From Eledone cirrhosa (taxonomy: Eukaryota): a DNA stretch of 64,000 nt. A program made the translations under genes and the position numbers. Within the stretch, counting starts at the first letter, position 1. The number at the start of each line of letters is the position of its first letter. Location of the stretch: NCBI GenBank assembly GCA_964016885.1, contig OZ024755.1, positions 17,608,001 to 17,672,000 of the forward strand. The letters are read 5' to 3'. Of the stretch, positions 42,170 to 56,717 are shown in pieces. The notes under the pieces were generated by a model. It saw only the letters and a list, made by a program, of their open reading frames with translations, ran no database searches and was not told the origin of the DNA.

Positions 42170-42864
42170 TGTTTTGCAACATAGAGTCGTGGCCCTTTAC
42201 GTTCAATTCCCGCCGAGGTTAACTTTGCCTTTCACCCTTACAGGGTCGATAAAATAATGTACCAGTAATGCACTGGGGTAATTGCTAGCCTTGTGCCAAT
42301 AGTAGAAACAATTATATTTATCTGTGGGCAGTGGTTTGGCAGTATCGGTAGAGCGTCAGACGCCCTGCTTTGCAGCATTGAGTCATGACCCTTTGCGTTC
42401 TGAGTTCAAATACCGCCAAGGTTAACTTTGCTTTCCATCCTTACGGCGGTCGATAAAATAAAGTACCAGTAATGTACTGGGTCATTGCTGGGTAATTGCT
42501 GGCCTTGTGCCAATAGTAGAAACAATTATTACGGTTAACTTTGTCTTTCAACCTTACGGGGTCGATAAAATAAAGTACCAGTAATGTACTGGGTCATTGC
42601 TGGGTAATTGCTGGCCTTGTGCCAATAGTAGAAACAATTATTACGGTTAACTTTGTCTTTCAACCTTACGGGGTCGATAAAATAAAGTACCAGTAATGTA
42701 CTGGGTCATTGCTGGGTAATTGCTGGCCTTGTGCCAATAGTAGAAACAATTATTACGGTTAACTTTGTCTTTCAACCTTACGGGGTCGATAAAATAAAGT
42801 ACCAGTAATGTACTGGGTCATTGCTGGGTCATTGCTGGCCTTGTGCCAATAGTAGAAACAATTA
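42170..42864 (+). mobile_element. SINE family 1 copies with a tandemly amplified 112-bp 3' half
   Basis: Units start at ~42420, 42533, 42645 and 42757. Confidence 0.88.
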
Positions 42865-43224
42865 TATTATTCTTCGTGACCCAGTATTTGACATGCTAAA
42901 CTTGTTGTTGTTATTGTTGTTGTAGTTTAAAATTTTAGTTCATACAAACATAATCTCCTATAGACAGAAACAAGACAGATTAACCTTGCACAGGACCACC
43001 TGCTGAAAATATCTTTGGGCATGTATAATATATTTATTTATCCTAGCCAAGGGAAGGACTTTCACCTGTCAAGGCCCTAAGCTATATGAAATTTGAGGCC
43101 CTTCTCTTAAAAAAAAATATTTTGGGTAAAAAAAAATTTTATAATTGTACATTGTTATTATTATTTTTTGTATTAATTTTAATGATAAAGAATAAATGAT
43201 ATATGTGTGTGTATACATATATAC

Positions 43225-43280
<56 letters not shown>

Positions 43281-43464
43281 TAGATTGATAGGCAGATACG
43301 TAGATAGAGATAGATAGATAGATAGATAGATAGGGAGAGATAGATATAGAGAGAGGTAGGGAAAGCTAGATAGAGAGAGGGGGCGAGAGGGGGAGGGAGA
43401 GAGAGAGAGAGAGAGAGAGACCGAAGGGAACATAGATAGGTAGGTAGAGAGAGATAGATAGATT

Positions 43465-44325
43465 AATTTCTTTATTAGCCACAAGGGCACAAAAGAAGGG
43501 GACAAATACAAATGGGGAGTTTACATACAGGTATATGAAAATAAAACTATTAATACAATAACAAATAACAATTGAAATCCCCAATAGGGGGAGGCGTTAC
43601 ACAGGGGTTGTACACACCCCGAAAAAATGTACAACCCTCATCTCCAGGAGCACCAAGTGTGAGTACTCCCTTCCTCTTTTTCCTCAACCTACAGGCTGAT
43701 ATAGAGAGAAGGCCCAACCACTCGAGCCATCTTTGCCACATTCACCCACCTTTTATAAAATTTGCTGGGGTACAGCACCTCTCTCTCCATCCTGATTCTT
43801 CTTCCAAAATGATATTTGAAAAAACGAATCAGTTGCTCGCCGGAGAGAAAGGTGTCTGACTTCAGCCCTTTTAACCTCGTCCACCATATAACCTCTTTCA
43901 CCATAGCCATAACACATAGGAAAACCGCCTCTCCTTCGTTTTTGAAGGAGGGTGGCGGTTTGATCATGACAATGGACTCGGTGGTCAACTGGATTGGTCC
44001 CACCCACGATAAAAGTCGTTTTACATAGCCCCACAGGTCGGTAACGCCCGGGCAGTGTACAAATGCGTGCGCGACGGTTTCGTCGTCGCGCACGCATCAC
44101 GGACAGATCTTTTTCGAAGGGTCCCTGCCCGGGCGCCCGTGTCTGTAGAGCTTGTCTCGAACTGGTAGAGCTCCTCGGTAGCACTGCCAGGCCAGAGACT
44201 TTTGGAAGTTGTCCATCGGTCCCGCGCGGAGGGTCCTACCGAACAGACTGGCCAGTTCGTCCTCCTCTACGCCTAGAGTTTCTCCGAACGCGTCGTTGCA
44301 CTTGCTGCGGACCAACCCTCTATAG
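43465..44325 (-). mobile_element. 5'-truncated L1/Tx1-clade LINE
   Basis: WQCYRGALPVRDKL...KICP / DETVAHAFVHCPGVTDLW is a CCHC (zf-RVT-like) domain; frameshifted; short 3' UTR ending gtggctaataaagaaat. Confidence 0.88.
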
Positions 44326-44426
44326 AGAGATAGAGAGATTGATAGATAAATAGATAGATAGGGAGAGATAGATATATGGAGAGAGATAGGGGAAGATACA
44401 TAGACCAGGAGGAACATAGATAGATA

Positions 44427-45030
44427 ATTTTCTTTTTATTTGCCACAAGGGCCTCAAAAGTGGGACAAGTACAAAGGGGGGAGTTTACATGCAAAGGCGT
44501 CCTCAATATGGAGGAGGCAATAACAAGATATAAAAGTATAAAAATAAAATAAAATATAACAAAATAAATTTTGTAACAAAATCTTCAATAGGGAGGAGGC
44601 GCCTTGGGGGGTCGCACACACCCCCCGAAAAAAAGTGTGCAACCCTTCTCCTCAGGAGCACAGAGAGGAGGTGCTCCCTTGGTCTTTCATCTTCCTCACC
44701 TATAGTCTGATGTAGAGTGAAGGTCCATTCACACGGGCCATTCTCGCCACTTTCACCCATCTTTCATAAAACGGCTGGGGTGCAGCACCTCTCTCTCCAT
44801 CCTGATCCTTCTTCCGAAATGATATCGGAAGAAACGGACCAGTTGTTGGCCAGAGAGAAAGGTATTTGACCTCAGTCCTTTCAGACGCGTCCACCATACA
44901 ACCTCTTTCGCCATGGCTATTACGCACAGAAACACCGCCTCTCCTTCGTTTTTGAAGAGGGGAGGCGGCTTGATCGTTACAATAGACTCGGTGGTCAACC
45001 GGATCGGTCCCACCCTTGACAGCAGTTGTA
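44427..45030 (-). mobile_element. Second 5'-truncated L1/Tx1-clade LINE
   Basis: LLSRVGPIRLTTESIVTIKPPP...AKEVVWWTRLKG is homologous to the 43689-44093 ORF. Confidence 0.88.
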
Positions 45031-45033
45031 GAT

Positions 45034-45313
45034 ATATTTCTTTATTTGCCACTAGGGCATAAGAGAAAGGGACAAATACACAGGGGGGAGTTTACATAAA
45101 TGCGAGTAAAGAAAAAGGCATAACAATAAGAATAATATAATAATAAAAAGTCCTCAAAAGGGAGGGGGCGTGTTGGGGGATTGCACATACCCCCGAAAGG
45201 TGTGCAACCCTTTTCCCGGGGGAAGCCCAGAGAGGAGGCGCTCTCCCTTTCCTCTTCACTTCTTCACCTACAGAACAATGTAGAGAGAAGGCCCATTTAC
45301 ACGAGCCATTCTC
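45034..45313 (-). mobile_element. Third, short L1/Tx1 3' end with TSD
   Basis: Homologous 3' UTR; 12-bp direct repeat gcagttgtagat at 45022-45033 and 45314-45325. Confidence 0.8.
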
Positions 45314-45685
45314 GCAGTTGTAGATTGGTAGGTAGATAGATAGATAGAGTGGTATAGGGGAAGATACATAGACAGAGGGGGACATGGGTAGATAGGTAGA
45401 TAGGTAGATAGATATATGGTTTAGAGAGCGAGCAAGACAGAGGGTAAAGAGAAAGAGAGACTAGATGCTGTAGCTCAAAAACGTGTATATTGACAATTTT
45501 TTTAAAATCTCTAGTAAGACAATATCCAGTTTTCCCTCGCAGTTTGAAAAACTTCTCAAGCAGAGAGAGAGTGACAATAAAAAACATTTAAAAAAAACTG
45601 TTGACTATAACAGCCGATGGCTTCTGACTCATTTTTGTTTCGGCAGACGAAAAAATTATAGAAAAAAAGGTAAAATAGAGACTAA

Positions 45686-45836
45686 ACATACACATACACA
45701 TGTATACATATATACACATACATATATATATATATATATATATTTATACACATATATACATACACATACGCACACATATATATATATGCACATATACACA
45801 TACACATGTATACATATATACACACACACACATACA

Positions 45837-45895
<59 letters not shown>

Positions 45896-46324
45896 ACACA
45901 CATACGCATACACGCATACAGACACACACACACATACATGCATATATATATATATATATATGTATGTATACACACATACGCATACACACATACAGACACA
46001 CACACACACGTATACATATACACACATACATACACATTCACACACACACACACACATACATACGCATATATATATATATGTATATTTATATATACATACA
46101 CACATATGCATACACATATATACATACACACACGCACATACATTCACATACATACACATACATTCATACACGCACTCATACATATACATACATACACACG
46201 CACATATATATATATATACACACATACACACATTTATATATATATACACACACACACACACATTTATATATATATATATATATATACACACACATTTATA
46301 TATATATATACACACACACACATT

Positions 46325-46394
<70 letters not shown>

Positions 46395-46396
46395 TT

Positions 46397-46438
<42 letters not shown>

Positions 46439-46466
46439 TTTATATATATATATACACACACACATT

Positions 46467-46550
<84 letters not shown>

Positions 46551-46673
46551 TTTATATATATATATATACACACACACACAGACAAATAGCCAAACTTTCT
46601 TTCAATATCGTAAGTTACTCAATATTCTTTATTTATTTATTCAACTTTACCGTCTCTCTCTCTCTCGCTCTCG

Positions 46674-46729
<56 letters not shown>

Positions 46730-47081
46730 CTCTGTCTCTCTCTCTCAGTCTCTCACTCTCTCTCTCTCTCTCTCAGTCTCTCTCTCTCTTTAACTCTACA
46801 TATCTATCTGTATTTCTCTCTCTCTCTCTCTCTCTAACTCTGTCTGTCTCTCTCTCTCTCTCTCTAACTCTGTCTCTCTGTCTCTTTCTCTCTCTCTCTT
46901 TCTCTCTCTCTCTCTCACTCTACCTATCTATCTGTCTTTCTCTCTCTCTCTTTTTTGTCTCTCTCGAACTCTGTCTCTCTCTTTCTCACTCTGTCTCTCA
47001 CTTTCTCACTCTGTCTCTCTCTTTCTCACTCTGTCTGTCTCTCAGTCTCTCTCTCTCTCTTTAACTCTATCTCTCTTTCTG

Positions 47082-47113
<32 letters not shown>

Positions 47114-47240
47114 CTATATTTATTTTTCTTTCTCCTCCCTTATTTCTTTTTTTCTTTTTCTCTCCCTTTCTTTCTTTCTCTCTCTTTCTCTGTCTCCATT
47201 GCCCTCTCCCTCATTTCTTTTTCTCTCTTTCTCCCTCTTT
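45686..47240. repeat. Compound (TA)n/(CA)n then (CT)n microsatellite block
   Basis: Representative of similar blocks at ~1940-2210, 2750-3400, 9205-9990, 15100-15990, 18270-20110, 29680-30085, 31790-32740 and 49787-50170. Confidence 0.95.
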
Positions 47241-47728
47241 CTCCGCTTTTACCAAATAAGCTGCCGGCAGATAAAAGACAGAGCAGCAGGTAAGACCAAA
47301 TATTGTGTGTGTGTATGTATGTATGATGTACCTGTGTGAGTGAGAGAGAGAGTGTGTGTATGTAAGTATATGTATGTATGTATGAGTGTATGTATGTAAG
47401 AGAGAGAACGTGTGTGTGTGTATGTGTGAGTATATATATGTGTATGTATGTGTGTGCGAGATATATGGGTGGAGGGGTGTTATGATGGACGACTGCCCTC
47501 TTTTTTTCTTTGCGTACTTTTTTTGTTATGACTCACTCAAAACACACTCACATATACATCACATGCACACATATACACCAAGAGGACTAAATCACTCCCC
47601 ATCTACTTTTATATATATATATATACATATTTATGTGTGTGTATGTATATATATGTATATATGTCGATGTATATGCATATGTGTGCGTCTATATCTGTGT
47701 ATGCATGTAGTACATGTGTACATATGTC

Positions 47729-47776
<48 letters not shown>

Positions 47777-47975
47777 GTCGCACCCCCCTCCTCCATATAT
47801 ATAGGTGGATTCCCATTGTATAAGGGGGGAAAAGGTACTCAATACGTTTGTAGAGTGTAAGCATATTTATTTTATTATAGAAATGACTTCTGCAGGACTT
47901 TCTACATAGAAATGCGCATAATAAAATACATGGAACTCCTTTAACCATCTTTTGTTCTTATATATTATATTATAT

Positions 47976-48016
<41 letters not shown>

Positions 48017-49039
48017 GGAGAGAGAGAGAGAGAGAGATTCTCTCCCTTCCCCATCTGCCGCCCTTTCAATTTGTTCTTTCTTTCTTTCTTTCATTCTTTT
48101 CTTCCACAATAACATTGTTTTTCATTTCATTCAGTCAAGTGTGATAACGATGTTTGTTACTTATGTATGTGTATATTATGTTCCATATGTATGTGTATGT
48201 GTTACATATGTATGTGTTACATGTGTGTGTGTGTGTTACATATGTATTAATGAATATATACGACAAACAATTTTAACGTAGGCTTTTGTCCTCTTCATGT
48301 TAATCCCCCCCCCCAAAAAAAAACACATACGTACACACACAAACACATACGTACACACACAAACACATACGTACACATACGTACACACACACAAACACAT
48401 ACGCGCACACACAATCATAAACACATACACGCACACAACACACACACATACATACACACTTTCTTTGGGGTTTTTTTCTCGTCTTTGTCATTTCACTTTG
48501 TTAGTGCGCGAACTCTGCCTATATATGCATGTATGTGTGTGTGTAGGGGGGGGGGGTACCTTCGAGTAGACCAGCCGTGACCATCCAGGTTATTTTGATG
48601 GGAAGGAGGATATATATATATATATATACGTATAGTTTAATAAATAAACAGAGAACAAAAAACAGAAAAACGAAGAGGCAGAGAGAGAGAGAATTATATT
48701 GTCAATGAAATGGTTCGTAACTTGTGTATCACCTATGATCAAACAAGTCCACATACAAAAAGATTATGCCGTAGTGAATATAAATATAACAAAGAAACTT
48801 GTAAAGTGTTTAAAAAGATATAATATAAAATGCTTTAAAATCCTGTCCCCACTTCGGAGTGGCGGTGTTGTAACACGTTTAGAATCTTCTTAAGAATCAC
48901 TAGTCGAAATTCTTATGCTTTGTTTTTTTAGTTGTAATTAAGGTATGATTTGAGAGGAATTTGGTTGCTATTGTTGTAGGTCCTTTTTTTTTTGTTGTTG
49001 TCTATCGCAACCGTATTTTTAAATGTAAAGGGTTAAGCA

Positions 49040-49143
<104 letters not shown>

Positions 49144-49264
49144 ATGACCCCGACGGCAGAGCTCAAGCCGTTTCGACGGCTATTTCTGGACTCTACTACC
49201 CTAAGTATTGAGTACTTTGGTGCGTTATAATCCATCTGGTTCCTTACCACAACTCCTTCATTAT

Positions 49265-49442
49265 AGTATCGGTAGAGGGTCGGACGCTATGCTTTGGCGC
49301 ATAGAGTTACGGCCCTTGCCATTCTGAGTTCGAATCCCGCCGAGGTTAACTTTGCCTTTCATCCTTACGGGGTCGATAAAATAAAGTACCAGTAATGCAC
49401 TGGGTATGTGCTTGCCTTGTGCCAAAAGGCAGAAACAGTTAT
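49265..49442 (+). mobile_element. SINE family 1 (further fragments at 6487-6602, 51645-51755, 54055-54167)
   Basis: Matches consensus. Confidence 0.85.
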
Positions 49443-49783
49443 ATATATATATATATGTATATATATAGGAGTAAGTAAGACCCCGACGGCTGAGCTCAAG
49501 CCGTTTCGACGGCTAATTCTGTATATATATATATCGTGAATGCATGTATGCATGTTGCTTATAAGGGACGATTAGACAGATGGGCTGGCTTTCAGACATG
49601 CAAACATTTGAGGTAGATTTAGCTGCTGTTTCTAACCATATTGAGCAATACACGTATCATGTGTGTGCGTGTGAGTGTTTTATATATGTATATCACTGGC
49701 AAGGGTTGCGACCGGTGAATAGTATCAACAATTGGGAAAACCAATGTTAAACGAATGAAGTCTGGGATCTCGTTTAGATTAGT

Positions 49784-49892
<109 letters not shown>

Positions 49893-49933
49893 TGTGTGTG
49901 TGTGTGTGCATATATATATGTATGTGTGTGTGC

Positions 49934-49964
<31 letters not shown>

Positions 49965-49988
49965 CATATATATATATATATATATATG

Positions 49989-50034
<46 letters not shown>

Positions 50035-50097
50035 CGCATATACACATATATATATATATATGCTAGCTTGGAAAGTGGACGTTAAACGAGGATGATG

Positions 50098-50140
<43 letters not shown>

Positions 50141-50363
50141 ATATATATATATGTGTGTATATATATATATATAACGAAGGAAATGTGGTAAGGAACCAGA
50201 TGTACCATAACGCACCAAAGTACTCAATACTTAGGGTTGTAGAGTGGGTAATAGGAACGAGTAGGACCCCGACGGCTGAGCTCAAGCCGTTTCGACGGCT
50301 AATTCTGGACTCTGAATTAGCCGTCGAAACGGCTTGAGCTCGGCCGTCGGGGTCCTACTCGTT

Positions 50364-50418
<55 letters not shown>

Positions 50419-51045
50419 GTATATATATGTGTGTGACATATATGTATGTATATATATGTCTCTATAGACACACACACATACATATGTATATCACACATAC
50501 ACATACATATGTATATCACACATACACATACATATGTATTTGTGTGTTAACACGTTGTTCGGAACTTCTCCACCGTTTCCATGCCCATCTTCCCACAAAC
50601 ATCCTACTACCCACACCTCCTCTTCATCCCCGAATCTTTAAGTCAGCTGTAATGGAAGGGAGGATGGGATGTGGGCGGGACAGGACAGGACAGGGTAGGG
50701 TAGGATTGCTGATTGACTGACAGACTCTTGTTGATAGGCAATACTTTATAGTATGTTGTGTATGTCTGTCTGTCGGTCGCACTGATTGTGTGTCTGTGTA
50801 CCATTCACTCAATTAAAGTCAGTCGGCAGGCCAGTTGTGTGAGCTCGAAGCAGACAAGGAATCTTCTTATTCATCAAGTAAGATTCTTCACTTTTCTTGG
50901 GATTTTACTTACTACTACTACCACCACGACTACCACTACTACTACTACTATTACTACTACTACTATTGTTGTCTCTAGCTATTTTCTACTTTCTTCACAT
51001 ATTTCGGATTTCTTTTAAAAGTATGTATATTTTGAAACAAAGTTT

Positions 51046-51088
<43 letters not shown>

Positions 51089-51270
51089 AAGCAAAGTTTT
51101 GTATATATATATATATATATATGTATTAGGGTAAACATTGATGCAATTCAATTCAAGCACTCAACGTACTTTTTCAACATTTTATATATATATGTATATA
51201 TATATATTTTGAAGCAAAGTTTTGTGTATATATATATATGTATATATATAATTTTTGAAGCAAAGTTTTG

Positions 51271-51301
<31 letters not shown>

Positions 51302-51998
51302 CAGCCGATTATCCACACAATACAATATAGTTAGCACCCCAAATGTATAATTGGGAATATACTCCGGTGGTATTTCCTAATGTTTTTTTGAGTGAGATGG
51401 AAATTGATCGGAGTATCGCTAATAGCGTTCTCCGTTTATCTATTTATATATATAAATATGTATATAGATTTTTTGAAGCAAAGTTTTGTATATATATAGA
51501 TATATATATATATATTGAAGCAAAGTTTTGTGTATATATATAATTTTTGAAGCAAAGTTTTGTATATATATATATGTAAATATATATATCGTTTTTTTTA
51601 AGGTGTTTATTATAATCGTCGGGATTATATAGTTATGTACACATAAATCCCGCCGAGGTTGACTTTGCCTTTCATCCTTACGGGGTCGATAAAATAAAGT
51701 ACCAGTAATGCACTGGTTGATTGCTGGCCTTGTGCCAAAAAAGTAGAAACAATTATTTATATAAACATATTGTTTTTAAAGTATGTATATTTTAAAGCAA
51801 GTTTTATATATATAAATATGTATTATAATAGTGTTTATTGTAGCAGTCCCGATTATATAGTCATATATATATATATATATATAGTCATATATATATACGG
51901 CTATATTTTAAAGTATGTTTATTTTAAAGGAACTTTTGATATTTATGTTGGCATTAGTGATTATTTGTATATTGAAGATTTTCATTTTAAAGTGTATG

Positions 51999-52035
<37 letters not shown>

Positions 52036-52515
52036 GCAAGTTTTATACATGAGCGAGGAACGAGTGAGAGAAAGAAAGAGGAAAAATGCAACAGTATATT
52101 TTTATCGCAAAACAAGCATTTTTCTTTTTGTTTAATGAAAGGCTTGAACATGGTTTTAAGGGGTGAAATTTTAAAGGGGTATTTATTTACCATGTCGTGT
52201 GTGCATGACACACACATACAAATATATAAATATAAATACAGATATATAAATATATATATATCATATATTTATTTATAGTAAGTGAGCGAGTAGGATATAT
52301 ATATATAAATATAGGAAAAAGTATGACCCCGACGGCAGAGCGCAAGCCGTTTCGACGGCTATTTCTGGACGCTATTGAGTCCAGAAATAGCCGTCGAAAC
52401 GGCTTGAGCTCTGCCGTCGGGGTAATACTTTTTCCTATTACCCACTCTACTACCCTAAGTATTGAGTACTCTGGTGCGTTATGGTCCATCTGGTTCCTTA
52501 CAATAACTCTTTCGT

Positions 52516-52546
<31 letters not shown>

Positions 52547-53087
52547 GGACCCTGACAGCTGAGCTCCTGCCCTGTCAACAGATAGATCTAGCTGTGAAAC
52601 GGCAGGAACTCAGCCGTCGGGGTCCCGAATTTTTCATATTACCCATTCTACTACCCCAAGTATAGGCTACTCTAGTGAGTAATGCTCTAACTGTTTTTTA
52701 CTGCATCCATTCTGATATATATATATATATACAGAGAGAGAGAGGTTTCGACTTGTATATATGGATATATAACATTTCGCTAAGTTTATCTGCTGAGCGT
52801 GTCACATCTAACTTATATTCAGTTAAAGCACATGTATTAGACCTATCTTGCAGTTTTCTTAGAATTTAAAACAACCTGGTGCCAAGCTCTGCTGTCAGCC
52901 TAGCTCATTATCGTGTATACTCGTTATTTATACGCACACATATATATAGTAAACATACCTGCACATATACAGAAATAAATCTATACACACATTGTATGCA
53001 CAGCACAAATACGGAAGAAGCACGCATGGATACAGTACATTCTTTGTATACAAACATAACGATATCCAAGCTTCCACCACCACGATC

Positions 53088-53141
53088 GTTATAAATAGAC
53101 AGCAGGTCTCTACCATAATATGGCCACAATCACATTCCTGA

Positions 53142-53190
<49 letters not shown>

Positions 53191-53299
53191 CATACACACA
53201 CTCACAGTGTCCCCCAAAATTGTATACAGACTTTGATTACCTGTACAAGCACGTATTAGAATGCACAGCCTTTGTATATATATTTTTGGGGACACCCTG

Positions 53300-53344
<45 letters not shown>

Positions 53345-53517
53345 GTGTGTGTGTGTGTGCAAAAAGTAAACAGAAACAACAAAGCAAATGACACAGTACA
53401 ATGAAGAAATATATTAGTTTAACACTTTATATATATATATGTATTTATATGTGTGTGGTGTGTGTTATAAATAGACAGCAGGTCTCTACCATAATATGGC
53501 CACAATCACATTCCTGA

Positions 53518-53584
<67 letters not shown>

Positions 53585-53717
53585 CACACACACACACTCA
53601 CAGTGTCCCCCAAAATTGTATACAGACTTTGATTACCTGTACAAGCACGTATTAGAATGCACAGCCTTTGTATATATATATATTTTTGGGGACACCCTGT
53701 GTATACACACACACCCT

Positions 53718-53764
<47 letters not shown>

Positions 53765-53878
53765 TGTGTGTGTGCAAAAAGTAAACAGAAACAACAAACC
53801 AAATGACACAGTACAATGAAGAAATATATTAGTTTAACACTTTATATATATATGTATTTATATGTGTGTGGTGTGTGT
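53088..53878. repeat. Tandem duplication of ~380-410 bp
   Basis: gttataaatagacagcagg begins at 53088 and 53464; copies differ mainly in microsatellite lengths. Confidence 0.9.
53203..53299. mobile_element. Tc1-like MITE (second copy 53599-53699; related copy ~56160-56270)
   Basis: gtgtcccccaaaa ... tttttggggacaccctg-ta inverted termini. Confidence 0.65.
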
Positions 53879-54243
53879 AGGTGGAATCCCGATGTATATC
53901 GAAAGGTGACCACAGGTTAAAAAAGGGTACTCAATACGTTAGCAGAGTATGGGAATCTATGTCCACTTTGATAATCATTTGGGCTCTCCTGATGATTTCC
54001 TACGAATGAAACAGTTCTAGTCTGTAGAAGTCATAGAAGTCATTTCTATAATGATAATTGTTTCTACGTTAGGCACAAGGTCAGCAATGACCCAGTGCAT
54101 TACTGGTACTTTATTTTATCGACCCCGTAAGGATGAAAGACAAAGTTAACCTCGGCGGGATTTGAATAATATACATGTGTATGTATGTATGTTTGTTTGG
54201 GTGCGCGCGAGAGAGAGGTGGTTCAAAATGTGGAAATTGGAAT

Positions 54244-54289
<46 letters not shown>

Positions 54290-54322
54290 AGATCAAAAGA
54301 TGGTTAAAGGAGTTCCATGTAT

Positions 54323-54387
54323 TTTATTATGCGCATTTCAAAAACAAACATCATCAAGCAATAATATTTGTGTTTTCATCAGATAAA
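54323..54387 (-). ncRNA. Minimal type I hammerhead ribozyme, different family
   Basis: UUUAU-CUGAUGA-[long imperfect stem II]-GAAA-UGCGC-AUA^-AUAAA; palindromic UGCGCA in place of stem III. Confidence 0.6.
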
Positions 54388-54549
54388 CAGGAGAACATGA
54401 TATGAAGGCTAAAAAACACTTGGAACTCCTTTAACCATCTTTTGATCTTATATTATGTATACTCCAGTCCTACAAACTGTAGAGTGCTTCTTATCCGATA
54501 TCCGATATCTGCATTGCTTTATTGTACTACAATAAAACTCACCTCCTAC

Positions 54550-54597
<48 letters not shown>

Positions 54598-54641
54598 CAA
54601 TGATATTAAATAAATGGAAACTATATTTATAAAACTATATT

Positions 54642-54703
54642 TATTCTATTATATATATTTCAAGGGTACCAAAAACTTTGGTACGCTATCATCAGATAAA
54701 ATA
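54642..54703 (-). ncRNA. Minimal type I hammerhead ribozyme, second copy
   Basis: Same core and stems as 21556-21616, differing in the stem II loop. Confidence 0.7.
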
Positions 54704-55340
54704 CGAAGTGTGTTTTATAAATATTTGACATAACCAAGGATAATATACCTTAACGGTTCAAGTTATCCTTGGATAGTCATATATATATATATATATATAT
54801 GGTGGTGGCTGCCAACTCGTTTTCGAGTACGGCCACTACCTTATATCCATGTAGGAGAACCCCTACCGAAGAGCTGAACGATTATAATGTAGTCCATGTA
54901 TAATGTAATCCATATATATATATACACACACACACATACAAAGAATTGGTGTTAAATGAAGCTTTTCTTGATGATAATTGAAACCGAGTCGTAAACTTTG
55001 TTGGTAAGAAACTTATTATATCATATCATTTCACTTGTAAACCGACCCCACTTCCACACACATATCCTGTATGTATTTTATTACACCTGTAATTACTTGT
55101 GTGATTGCGCGGCGCAACATATGCACGTGTTTTAAAAGTATATTTGCACAACTCTGTATATGGATTTAGATATAAATTGAAATACGATGGATTTAGATAT
55201 AAATTGAAATAGATAGATAGTGTGGAAATGTTATATGTAGATAAACATTGTGTGTGTAAATATTATATATAGATAAAGATTGTGTGTGTGTGTAAATATT
55301 ATATGTATATGCACTGTGAGCGTAAGGTGTCGTGAGTTAA

Positions 55341-55389
<49 letters not shown>

Positions 55390-55551
55390 CTACATCTAGT
55401 TTATATTTATAAGCTTGGTGTATGTAGTATTATATATATATATACCAAGTATATAATAAGGAGTTGACGGACCCACCATATTTATCAATGCCAGTACCGA
55501 TTATATACCAAGTATATATATAATCTTGGTGTAGGTGTGTGTAGTATTACC

Positions 55552-55607
<56 letters not shown>

Positions 55608-55644
55608 CTTGGTGTAGGTGTGTGTAGTATTACCGGTGTATGTA

Positions 55645-55677
<33 letters not shown>

Positions 55678-56610
55678 ATGAACTTTGTTCATATAGTACG
55701 TGTATGTAAAGTATAGTGCGTGTATAATATTCTGACTATAGTTTAACCCCAAGTTAGTCTGACTGAACAGACCTATAATCAAAAAGCGTTCCAGCTACGA
55801 CCATCCCGTCTCTTTTATGGGGACTTAGCGCTTCATTATACAAATTGTCCTTCCTTATTTAAGCCGGTGGATTCTTATCCCAAGAAGATTTCACTTCTAT
55901 TTCTAGGAAATCCGATGATTAGAGAGAGAGAGACCTTATATGTATGTAAATATATGAATAAGGAGCGTACCGTAATGTGTAAATTGCGTGTTTGTACTGT
56001 TATCGGTATATACGAATATGTGTGTGTTTATCAGTATATACGAATATGTGTGTGCTTATCAGTATATACGAATATGTGTGTGTGTGAATGATTGCAGAAT
56101 ATAATAAGCACGTGCAATATAGTTGTCTGATTTATATACACAAATGTGTGCGTGTGTATATACTGTATATACCAAAAATGTATACACACTTTGATTACCT
56201 GTACAGACAATATTTATTAGAATGCTGTTGAAGTGTGTATACATTTTTTTTTTGGGGGGGGGGTACCCAGTGTATATAGATATATATATATATATATATA
56301 CATATGTGTGTGTGTATCCCGGGTTCAATCGGGGGTAACCACAGTAAGTAAGGTACTCAATACATAGAGTTTATACAATATTTAATATAGAAATGTTTTC
56401 TACAGGACTTGAACTGTTTCATTAGAAGGAAATCATCAGGAAAGTCTTACATATATGTATATTTATATATAAACTTTCGCCGGCGTTACTATAATTCGAA
56501 TGATATTGAGAGATAACGGACGTATCTATATTATTCATATAATATAAAGGTACGTTGGTGAGCGTGTGTGTTGTTTGGTGAATGGATCATTGTTTCTTTT
56601 AACTGTTCAC

Positions 56611-56717
56611 CTGAGGAACGACATGACATGACACGATACTCCATATGTCAATTCTGATTGTCCTTTTTCTTTTAAATCACCCACTTCCACCAATCTTGTC
56701 ATCTCCCCAAGTGTCGT
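56611..56717 (-). CDS. Candidate exon (identical duplicate at 58874-58980)
   Basis: cctcttatcattttacag acceptor and CAG|gtgaac donor; only one frame open, TTLGEMTRLVEVGDLKEKGQSELTYGVSCHVMSFL. Confidence 0.3.

Noticed and set aside
47258-47295. Possible micro-exon with a CAG|gtaaga donor (similar isolated sites at ~25236, 35113 and 50877)
   Set aside because: Isolated splice-like motifs are expected by chance and cannot be supported without transcripts.
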